Shown here in pieces: positions 50,093 to 60,026 of a stretch of 64,000 nt of DNA; the stretch's first letter is position 1; each line of letters opens with the position of its first letter. A program made the translations under genes and the position numbers. The stretch lies in the NCBI GenBank assembly GCA_964035575.1, contig OZ037839.1, positions 806,001-870,000 of the forward strand, in the 5' to 3' direction. The notes under the pieces were generated by a model that was given only the letters and a program-made list of their open reading frames with translations, made no database searches and was not told the DNA's origin. This stretch comes from Rhynchopus sp. YZ270_cl-10. Lineage: Eukaryota.

Positions 50093-50980
50093 TCAGCAAC
50101 ACCCACAGTCCCCTGAGGACTCCTTGGACCTTCTTTTCTTTGTGGGCTGTGCTGCAGGCGGCTCGCCACAAAGCTCTTCCCGTGTCAGGACGGTGCCGTC
50201 ATGCATGGTTGTGGACTCACCTATGGATAGCAGATTCGCTAACGCACGCCTAGCTTCTTGCCTTCTTGGGTATAGAGCGAGCGCATGCTTGATGAGATCC
50301 ATCTTGGAGAGCGTGGTGCCGTCCTCGAGAGTTGTCTTGCGTGTTGGAGGGAGCTTCAGAGCAAAGTGGTAGTAGCAGTAGGAGTTCTTGGGTTGCAACG
50401 CAATGCCACGAAGAAACAGTGCCTCTTGCCTCATATGTGTCCCATCCGCAAGCGTCGTACCCGTTTCCAGTGATCCCAGCAACCACGCCAGCTGTGTGTA
50501 CGCGGCGGCGTATCCCGCATTCAGGTGAATTGCATGCTTCAACAGCGCAGCCTTTGTCATGACACGACCGTCCAGCAACGTTACCTCATGCCCCTCCATA
50601 CCACCTGCCAACGATGCGTACGCTACACAATGCGCTGGTACCGCAGCAATAACCCGTTTGCATCGTTCGGTTAAGGACATCTCCGGGTGTGCCTTCTTCA
50701 GGTCATATACCTTTTGTATCGAACGCACTCCGTCGAGCTCAGGAGCCAGGCGCACTGCAAGCGCAATAAAGTCCATCTGCGAGCCCTCTGTCCCATCGGG
50801 AAGCATGCTCCGCGAGGTGTGGTTGAAGGTCATCAGCTCGCAGGTCTCCAGAAGAGCTTCTGCACGCTCTGTGTCCGTCTGTGGTTGGGGTCCGCCTGCA
50901 GGGCTGCGTGGAGCGGCATCAGCACCGTCAACTCCATGAGTTGGCTCGTGACCGCCTGGAGACACACCTTTTGCGTCCAT
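50093..50980 (-). CDS. TPR-like repeat protein with polybasic + CGCC C-terminus
   Basis: Repeated TLxDGxxMxxxxLxxxAIxLxPxxxxAYxxLAxxL units; ends KKRRSKESSGDCGCC. Confidence 0.7.
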   Translation of the reverse strand: MDAKGVSPGGHEPTHGVDGADAAPRSPAGGPQPQTDTERAEALLETCELMTFNHTSRSMLPDGTEGSQMDFIALAVRLAPELDGVRSIQKVYDLKKAHPEMSLTERCKRVIAAVPAHCVAYASLAGGMEGHEVTLLDGRVMTKAALLKHAIHLNAGYAAAYTQLAWLLGSLETGTTLADGTHMRQEALFLRGIALQPKNSYCYYHFALKLPPTRKTTLEDGTTLSKMDLIKHALALYPRRQEARRALANLLSIGESTTMHDGTVLTREELCGEPPAAQPTKKRRSKESSGDCGCC

Positions 50981-51513
50981 TTAAAAAAGAAAAATGAATG
51001 TCACTAAGGATCTAAGCGTGGAGATGATAAGGTTGGGCAGAAGATCTCTTGAGGAGGGGGGGAAACTTACTGTGGTGTGGCTGCATGGAGGGGTGCAAAA
51101 AGTGCGAATCAGCCCCCTTCTCACTCAGGCTTCAGGCCCATCATATGTGGTGCGATTTTCTCAAAAATTCGGTGTAAAAAAATATCCTTCTCGGGTCCTT
51201 TCTGGGGTGTCCCAAGTCACATTACGTATAAGATGATCATCTCTCTGAAAAGTGCTTCTCATGAACACGTCTAAAAAAAGAGTAGTTGAAACGTGCTAAA
51301 ACGCAATCTCAATCGATCGAAATCGATAAATGCAAGGGTGATTAGATAAAGCCTGAGAGAGTCTCGTGTGTTTCGTCAAGCTTGATCGCAATCGTTATTG
51401 CACAGCATTCACGCTTGTATGGAATTGCACAAAAAGAGTAGTGGAAACGTGTTAAAACGCAGCTCAGTTGAGTTCATGCCAACTCTATGGTGCCGTAGGT
51501 GCTCAACACATCG

Positions 51514-52482
51514 CTACTGCACAGGGTGGCTGAAGTATATCTCCAGTGCACGCTGTGGTGCTGCGCTGAGACCACAGCCCTTTACCGCGTATGGCGGACG
51601 CAGTGTGTCGAGGGCGAACACTGCTGGGGTGACCGCGCCTGGGCTGCTGCCGTGCACTGCGACACCTGCGACGGTGGCACCAACACAGGCACCTGCTTCG
51701 CTTCCCTCACCCTCTCCACCCTCTGCCTCTGTCTCTGCATCTGCACAGAGGTGCCGTCCATCCACCCAGCACGCCGCATCCACCTCCTCATGCGAGAACG
51801 TCGTGTCACGCAAAAACGCGTCCCGTCCAAACCCATCCATCCGCAGCACATAGAACACAACAAGCGTAAGCGACGTTGGCACCCCATCCCCACCCGCGCT
51901 CGACTCCCACAGGCACAGCGGTGTCAGCGTCGCCCCCGCCACGTCCAGCCCCACCTCTTCGTGCAACTCGCGCAGCGCTGCATCTGCAAGCGTCGCGTCA
52001 CCCACGTCGACCATCCCACCAGGCGGCACCCATGCACAGGGGAAGGAGCGCATCGTAGCTGGGCGGCGTGTCAGCAGAACGTGCGAGTCGCAGACAACAA
52101 GCACAGAACACGCCACACGTGCCGCACGTTGCGCAGCGCACAGTGCAGCCACGTCCGCTGCGAGCTGCGGTGCACGACATGCAGCAAGCATGGGACACCC
52201 GCCATCGGCAACACGGTGGCACAGTGGCAGCGGCAGTGGCAGGGTGTGTGGGGTGTGCAGGGCAGCAGAGGCAGAGGAGGTGAGCACAAGGCAGTGGTCG
52301 CGGTACTCCATGTACACCGGGATGCTGGCAAGCACGTCAGTGGTGGTGTCCTCAGTCTTGCCGTGCATCTTGTGCACCAGACATTCACCCGCAAAGACCT
52401 GTTCCCCGTCCACCCACACAGCCGGCCGTTCTTGTGTCATTGTGAGTGTTGCTGTGGGTGTCTGGTGAGTGGCATTAGACAA
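51514..52482 (-). CDS. Nudix hydrolase, NUDT17-like (probable ATG 52440)
   Basis: Nudix box GGMVDVGDATLADAALRELHEEVGL preceded by LLTRR..MRSFPCAWVPP and followed by PLCLWES. Confidence 0.85.
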   Translation of the reverse strand: MSNATHQTPTATLTMTQERPAVWVDGEQVFAGECLVHKMHGKTEDTTTDVLASIPVYMEYRDHCLVLTSSASAALHTPHTLPLPLPLCHRVADGGCPMLAACRAPQLAADVAALCAAQRAARVACSVLVVCDSHVLLTRRPATMRSFPCAWVPPGGMVDVGDATLADAALRELHEEVGLDVAGATLTPLCLWESSAGGDGVPTSLTLVVFYVLRMDGFGRDAFLRDTTFSHEEVDAACWVDGRHLCADAETEAEGGEGEGSEAGACVGATVAGVAVHGSSPGAVTPAVFALDTLRPPYAVKGCGLSAAPQRALEIYFSHPVQ

Positions 52483-52651
52483 GCCTCATTGTGGGCGAAA
52501 TACAGGCGCCACTTCTAGAGAAGGCTTTGATGTACAATGGGGTGATTGGGGGGCTTTCTTTTTCAGGAAAATTCACTTGAGGTTCGCATAAATCCACAAA
52601 GCCTTCACAAAATATTCACTATCGATATCGAGTAATTTCTTTTTCTGTACC

Positions 52652-52778
52652 TACCCTCCCCCGTGCATAAGTCCGACCCCCATTACCCGTGCATAAGTCC
52701 GGGCAGATTTGGGCTCAGGATCGGACTTATGCACAGGCCGACTTATGCACCGGTTTTGTGTACTGGTACTGAACCACC
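52652..52778. mobile_element. Small foldback MITE-like element
   Basis: Two gtgcataagtccg copies followed by two inverted gacttatgcac copies. Confidence 0.55.
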
Positions 52779-53580
52779 AATATCCCGGACCACATCGTTG
52801 ATTCTTCAATGCTATGCACTTCGCATTGTTCAAATGTACACCACAACCTACTCAACGTGCTACACCATTGATGAAAACAAAAAAAAAAAAAAAAAAAACA
52901 AACAAAAAAACAAAAAAATCGACCAAAAAGAAGAAGAAGAAAAAGGAACACAATGACGCAAAGATAAATCGTGGCCATTGATGCAGACATTCCTCTGATC
53001 GACCCCCTATACTCAGCCATCCGGATGAAAACACCATAGAGAAATTGAAAGCGCGAATGCTTGGATATCAGGCAGTCATCGGGCGTTGGTTATACCATGA
53101 GATATGGAGCACAGCACACCCAGAGCACTGTGAGTATTGTATACACAATACCGACAAAACAAAAACCATATTTGGCACGTTAAATGGACACAGGAGAAAG
53201 CCTAGGGTTCGATGCCAGTCATGACCAGTGTACTACACATTGGTCATCCCCGCAGTAAAATAAAAAAACAACCAAAAAAAATATTATTGAGATGAACCTA
53301 CCGGGAGTGAAAAATACGGAAGTAACAAAGTGGAATGGCATGAAGAATGCCGGCGGAATGTGAAGTGGTGTGAAGTGAAGGAAAGAGAGTTGAAGTGAAG
53401 GACACGCAGAGAGCACAAGAGGAACTGTGCCCTTGATCCGACCCCAAAGAAGTGTCCAATGAAGGTGGGTGGTACAGTGGGGATGATTTCTTGCTCACTC
53501 AACAAAACACTACTCGACCCGCCCAAACACACAGAATAATCCTAACACCCCAATTCCCACTCCCGCTTTCTTTACTGCCC

Positions 53581-54663
53581 CTAAAAACCAACGTCACCTA
53601 GTCTGCTGCGTACAACGTTGCTACACTTGTCCAGTCCGTCGACTTTCGACAACGTTCTGCAGTTGGAAAGAAACCTGTAACCAATCGTGGTGACTGCTTG
53701 CAGGCCGGTGAAGTCCACTTCCGACAACGATGTGCAGTTGGAGAGAAAATAATCACCAATCGTGGTGACTGCTTGCAGGCCGGTGAAGTCCACTTTCGAC
53801 AACGATGTGCAGTAGGAGAGAAAACTGTAACCAATCGTGGTGACTGCTTGCAGGCCGGTGAAGTCCACTTCCGACAACGATGTGCAGTTGTAGAGAAACC
53901 CGCCACCAATCGTGGTGACTGATTGCATGCCGGTGAAGTCCACTTTCGACAACGTTGTGCAGTTGGAGAGAAACCTATCACCAATCGTGGTGACTGCTTG
54001 CAGGCCGGTGAAGTCCACTTCCGACAACGATGTGCAGTCGGAGAGAAAATCGTCACCAATCGTGGTGACTGATTGCATGCCGGTGAAGTCCACTTTCGAC
54101 AACGTTTCGCAGTTGGAGAGAAACCTATCACCAATCGTGGTGACTGCTTGCAGGCCGGTGAAGTCCACTTCCGACAACATTTTGCAGTTGCAGAGAAACC
54201 CGTAACCAATCGTGGTGACGCAGGGTAATGCAGGCAGGTGCAGTGTGATGCCACAGTTGTCATCCACATTGGGTACGCAACTGAAACCAATGCGCGTTAC
54301 GTCACTACCTGAGAAGAACTCTTCTGGAATCTCAGTCGCAACTTCTGCCTGAAGAAGCAAGCTGGCCACCTTCGGATCCTCCACCTGCTGCAACCTTTCT
54401 GCTGTGATGTTTGTTTCACCCAATGCATGAAGAGCTGATATGGCTTCGTATTTCGTCGTTTTCGTCAACACGACTGTGTCTCCAGCACTCAGTTCTGTGA
54501 TGTCCTCTCCTTCCTCCTTCCCTCCGAAGCCCATGCGGAAGCTGTCTTCGCACAACCCTGTTGCAGACGCCACCTTCTGCCGCATCGTCTCCGTTGTGTC
54601 GTTCTCACCCACCTCAATCACGTATTTGGTTTCATCATCATATCCCTGCACACACAGTTCCAT
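53581..54663 (-). CDS. UBL + LRR protein, paralogue 7, with a distinct homogenised 72-bp LRR array and no FG tail
   Basis: Same UBL head, then about 8 near-identical repeats VDFTGLQAVTTIGxxFLSNCTxLSx. Confidence 0.9.
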   Translation of the reverse strand: MELCVQGYDDETKYVIEVGENDTTETMRQKVASATGLCEDSFRMGFGGKEEGEDITELSAGDTVVLTKTTKYEAISALHALGETNITAERLQQVEDPKVASLLLQAEVATEIPEEFFSGSDVTRIGFSCVPNVDDNCGITLHLPALPCVTTIGYGFLCNCKMLSEVDFTGLQAVTTIGDRFLSNCETLSKVDFTGMQSVTTIGDDFLSDCTSLSEVDFTGLQAVTTIGDRFLSNCTTLSKVDFTGMQSVTTIGGGFLYNCTSLSEVDFTGLQAVTTIGYSFLSYCTSLSKVDFTGLQAVTTIGDYFLSNCTSLSEVDFTGLQAVTTIGYRFLSNCRTLSKVDGLDKCSNVVRSRLGDVGF

Positions 54664-54764
54664 TGTTTCGAGTGACGTGTTGCTCTGTTTTGGGGTAAGT
54701 GTTGAGAAGGAGGAGGAGGGCAAGATACAACAAAACAGCATTCTTTTTGGTTTCCATTTCTCTA

Positions 54765-56560
54765 GGCATACTTGTCCCCTCATAGGGGAGACCCCATGTA
54801 TGGGGGAAATATGGGGGGCCCAAAATATCGGCCCCCATATGGGGTTTTTTCATCAAATATGGGGGATTTCCTACAGGAATATGGGGGAAATATGGGGGTA
54901 TTTTATTTTTCCTTCCTTCAAAACTTCACACACAACGCTTTTGGTTTTTGGAAGACACACAAGGTGCCAGGTTCTATGATATGCACGGAACCACCCTGCA
55001 CCTGTTTGTCATATATCAGTGGCTGTCACGAAATGTGGTAATTCATGTGGCCCGCCTTTAACTAATTAAAATTTTGGACTTTTTGCTCGATTTTTTTTTT
55101 CATTTTATTGCGCGGACCTCGGAAATGCAGTTAAGCGCATTTTCGACTTCCGGAAAAATTCCAATATTTCCTGGGATAAGGGGATGAAGACCGAAAAAGT
55201 GACCTGGAGAAGACGTGTCCTGGACAATAGCTTTTCCTCCAAAAAACGCCGAAAAATATTTCGTTGGATTCAGCGGACCGAAAACGTGCAATTCCGTACC
55301 CCCTTTTTTTGTTTTGACACCCCAGGACTCCACCCCCAAACCTCCCCAAGCACCCTCAAACCCACTTTTCAGTCACATTTTGGTAGGGAATTTCACTTAA
55401 ATTTCGCCTAAAAATGACCCAAAAGGACCGGTGTGCCATGATGTCTGCCCGTTTCTTGTGCGCAAAATTGTCAATCTCCCCACCTACGTGGCAAAGAGTC
55501 TGTTCGTGTCACATAGCAACACTGAACCAAAGACCTGGATATGCCTAAACCCTCACTGCCAAAGGGGTTTTTGTGCCTCCTAATATGGCAAACGGGTAAC
55601 GGTTACACAGGCTTGTTCAGGGCAAATCCTTAAGAAATCGTGCTTTTTTAACCGCACCGATAACCTGGTACAGATCATTCACAGAGGTTCAACTAGGATT
55701 TTTTTATCATTTATTTATTTTCAAAGATTGTGAAAAGATCTTTCAAAAGGCACCATTTTTGAGTTGAAATACCAATTACTCCCGGGTAGAGTGTGGCCGC
55801 AAAGCCAAAACAATTGTCCGGTCCTTAAGGGGTTAATAAACATACAGGGAAACAGTGAAATACTGTGTGGCCCGCCTTTAACTAATTAAAATTTTGGACT
55901 TTTTGCTCGATTTTTTTTTCATTTTTTTGCGCGGACCTCGGAAACGCAGTTAAGCACATTTTCGACTTCCGGAAAAATACCAGTATTTCCTGGGATGGCT
56001 GCGAGAATATCCGAAAAAACGATGATTTTTGAACTGAGCAAATAAATTTCTGAAAAAAAAAAATCGAGAATCGTTTCGTTGCAATCAGCGCATTCCGCGC
56101 AATGCAAATAAAAAAAAAATCGGTGAAAAAGTCGAAAATTTAGTCATTTTACTCAAAAATGTTGAAATTACCACATTTCGTGACAGCCACTGATATATTG
56201 TTTCCCGTGCAATACATGAGGAAACGTTTCGCGTCGAAACTAGGGAAAGCTTTTTGATAAAAATTAGCGAGATACAAAAACCAGCGCGTGTGGAAGAAAA
56301 AAGGAGAGGAAGATATTTTTTCTGATTCAAAGTGGTGTTTACGTTTTGGGTACGGGGCGGAGAATAAAATCTGTTCGATAAAAGAAACGCGAGCTTATTG
56401 TTTTATCTTGTTCATTTGTATTGTATTTCACTGTAGTAACTTTGTAAGTCGAGGGTAGGGGAGTCCTATAGGCTATTCCACCCATATTGGGATTATGGGA
56501 AATAATCCCCCATATTTTCCCCATATTTTAGGGCTCCCTATTTGGGGGGACAAGTATGTC
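54765..56560. mobile_element. Non-autonomous TIR element inserted at a CTAG/TA site
   Basis: Ends ggcatacttgtcccc / ggggacaagtatgtc with atatggggg subterminal repeats; flanks rejoin to the empty-site spacer seen near 46686-46722 and 49651-49688. Confidence 0.75.
55017..56192. mobile_element. Nested MITE with 27-bp perfect TIR
   Basis: cagtggctgtcacgaaatgtggtaatt / aattaccacatttcgtgacagccactg, flanked by atatat; empty site at about 14890-14910 and 31685-31705; internal direct repeat of about 140 bp (55047/55867). Confidence 0.88.
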
Positions 56561-56606
56561 TAGGTACTCTACCCATATGAACAAGATGCGACACAGGGAA
56601 CACACG

Positions 56607-58746
56607 CAGGGCTATTTCTAAATATGGGGTCTGGGGGGTCCAAAATCCAATCTGGCAAATTTTTTGGCAGATTTATTTTGTGCCAAAAACGTCCTTATTT
56701 GCATTTTTGGGATTCACCCGCGCAGTGGTGGGGTCAATCTCGAAAATTGGACAACTTTTTGACCACTTAAATTTTTTGAAAATATGAGCCCGGTTACTAA
56801 TATGGGTCAGTCCATAAACCCCCCCACCTGAAAGGTAACCTCAGCAACTATTTGGATATTATCAAATATGTACTAGGACGTTCTGTTCGATTTTTGTTTT
56901 AATGGATTCAGAGTAAAGTTTCTGAATTCATTAAAACAAAAATCGAGCAAAAAGACCGAGTACATATTTGATGGATCACCCCCGAGAGGTAAATAAGTTA
57001 CGGTAACCCGAATTACCGGTAATTCCTTAAGGATTCCTTAAGAAACACGGAAAAAAGCAAAAAAACATCAAAAGAGGGGGGACTTTAATTTATCATTTGG
57101 AAACCCTTCCCACTTTACGCGTTGTTCATTTTTGTCTTTTTTATTCTCAAAAAAATCGGTTCATCCAATCGTGCCGGTTGCCGAGAGGCAGACCAGGGTC
57201 CTCCTCTTCTGCAATCTCAGGTGCCTTTTTCGTTTTCATAGTTGTGTGGGCTGATGTCGGGAGGCACTTCCAGTCCAAAGAACTTTTGCATTTTCTCCTT
57301 TTCAAGTTTTGTACAAAACCCGTTACTGTTAACTATTTTTGTGAAAAACATGGGAAAGACGGGCGGGACTTCTATTTTGGAGTCGTGTCCAGACATTTGG
57401 AGGATATCAGTCGTTACGGAGCTTGTTACAGTAGATGATGTTGCCTTGCACCTGTCCAACATTGCTCATACAACTGGCATTGCGTTGAAGTTGAAGGACT
57501 CAACAAAATACACTATAACCCGTGTAGAGTGCAACTTCTTCACTGCTCTTTTTTGTTGGCAAAGGAATACAGAAAAAACTGTGCTTGCTTCCATGCTCTC
57601 CCATCCGCAAGAATTTGTGGAGGTGGCTTACACGATTTCTTCTGAAAAGACCACAAGGAAAACGAAAAAGGCACCTGAGATTGCAGAAGAGGAGGACCCT
57701 GGTCTGCCTCTCGGCAACCGGCACGATTGGATGAACCGATTTTTTTGAGAATAAAAAAGACAAAAATGAACAACGCGTAAAGTGGGAAGGGTTTCCAAAT
57801 GATAAATTAAAGCCCCCCCTCTTTTGATGTTTTTTTGCTTTTTTCCGTGTTTCTTAAGGAATCCTTAAGGAATTACCGGTAATTCGGGTTACCGTAACTT
57901 ATTTACCTCTCGGGGGTGATCCATCAAATATGTACTCGGTCTTTTTGCTCGATTTTTGTTTTAATGAATTCAGAAACTTTACTCTGAATCCATTAAAACA
58001 AAAATCGAACAGAACGTCCTAGTACATATTTGATAATATCCAAATAGTTGCTGAGGTTACCTTTCAGGTGGGGGGGTTTATGGACTGAGCCATATACATT
58101 TTCGGCCAAAAAATGCTGCTCAAAAAAAATTTTACACTGAAAATTTTTCAGCCCCAAAACATACCGCGATTGGCATTTCCGGAATCTGTCCGCGATGTGG
58201 TGGGGTCAATTTGCCGAAATGGCCAAGTTCTTGGTTTTGGTCAAAATGAGTGTAAGGTAAAGGAGCCAAGGTAAATCCCACAACCCAGATTTTCTCCCCC
58301 AGATGCTGAAACATGAAAATGCGCGAATACACTGGCATTTGCATTTCCAGAATCCGTCCGTTCTGTGGTGGAGTCAATTTGCAGAATTGGGCAAGTTCTC
58401 GGTTTTTGTTAAAATGAGTACGGTGTCAGTGTGATGTTAGTGTAGAGAACAAGTTTTCTAAGAAACCCCCTCATAGCGCCTCCGGCACGCGGCCTGGTGC
58501 GCCCTCTAGGATTTTTCAGAATACACCAAAACCCCCGTTATTTGCACAACCTGGAAGAAAACTTTCCAACAAAAAAAAAAAAATCGGCAACTTTCTTCAA
58601 GCAGAAAGCCCATCCCCCTCTCTTGGTAAGTACTGAAGTACGTGCAATTTTTTTGGCAGCCCTGTATATAAGCCCCGTGCAAATTTTTTGGCAACTTTCA
58701 TTTTCCAAAAATCAGGGACAGGGACAGGTTTTTAGAAATAGCCCTG
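56607..58746. mobile_element. hAT-like non-autonomous element
   Basis: 16-bp TIR cagggctatttctaaa / tttagaaatagccctg; 8-bp flanks aacacacg / aacacaca; gtggtggggtcaat repeats also at about 20100-20360, 22020-22250 and 38975-39110. Confidence 0.75.
56803..58092. mobile_element. Long-TIR foldback element: 435-bp near-perfect inverted arms, 420-bp core, TA-flanked
   Basis: 56803-57237 is the near-exact reverse complement of 57658-58092; TA at 56801-56802 and 58093-58094. Confidence 0.92.
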
Positions 58747-60026
58747 AACACACACGCGGGCAAAAAAAAAAAAAATTGAAAAAAAAATTGAAAAAAAAAT
58801 GCCCACACACCGTTCATCGGGGCACTAAAAAAAGAAAATACGTTGGGAGCGGTGTTGGTCGGATACACGACCAGTATCTGATCTGGAACATACGAAAGCA
58901 AGACTTGCAGGCTATGCTATGCCTCACCATGCACACACGTCTTCCTGCTGTGCCTTAGACGTCTGTACTCTCAAAGGTTCTCATGCAGAGCAGACACGAC
59001 TGCTGTGCCCGCAATGGACAGATGCCAGCGCATACACACGAAACGGAGCGGGGAGAGAGGGAGAGAGACAGGGGAGGGGAGGGAGGATCGCTTCGGTTGC
59101 TTGTTCTTGCTTTTCTTATCGAAAAGAAAATCCGTAAAAAAATAAATAAATAAATCGAGACAAGCCTTGTTTTGCTGAGTAGGGGGGTAGCGAAGCACAG
59201 AGAACTGTGCGTGTGGGGGTGACGCATAAAAACTAAAAAAAAAAAAACAAAAACAAAAAATTTTAAAAGCGTATTTCTACGTCAGTAGGGTACTGCACTA
59301 ACATACGAATAGCGAGTATTTGAGCAGTACTCAAAAGTGTAAGAGTGAAAGATCACAAAAGAGGGCTGCGAAGAGTACCCGTTGCGTAGACCAAAACAAG
59401 AAGCCGCAGTACGCGGCAGCACCAGGGAAAGGCATTGCAGGCACACAAAACGTTCAACCCGCCTACTCGCAAGGTAAATCGTACAAAAAAAAAATACTGT
59501 GGAAATCAATTAGACGATGGGCATCGTTTTCATTGGGGAATAGCACACCTGATTTTACCTGAAATTTGGTGGAGTTTTTGGTTTAAGAATCAGTTTAATA
59601 CCATTAACCTCCACCAAGTTGGTGGAGTTTAGTCAGGTGGTAAGTAAAAAAACAAAAAGGTTGCAAGATGAACCTAAGCCCAGCTTCGTAGGCTTAGGCT
59701 TAGCCCCAAAAGAAGACGCCATCAGGACAAGAGGGGGGGGTCTAAATACAGTCACACAAAAAAGAAAGTAAAAGGAAACGTTGGTATAGTCTGAAATAAT
59801 ACCTCACGTAGTGGAGTCCAAAAAATGGAGCATCTGGAAAAATACACACGCGATGGGTGCTGTAAAGTGCAGGGGTCCTGATTCCGAGTTGCGCCAATGA
59901 GAAACAACAAGACAACGAGCGCAGCGTGTTGTCATAAAAGATGCAACTCGGTATCAGTACCTCGTTGAGTTGCTGCGTAATTGGCATTAAGGAAAATGCC
60001 AATTACCTACGCATTTGTGGGCATGA

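Noticed and set aside
53195..53250. tRNA-like gene (ggttcgatgcc and a nearby hairpin)
   Set aside because: No acceptor stem or cloverleaf could be built.
57242..57748. Transposase in the long-TIR element
   Set aside because: Short ORF running into the TIR, with no DDE or HTH motif recognised.
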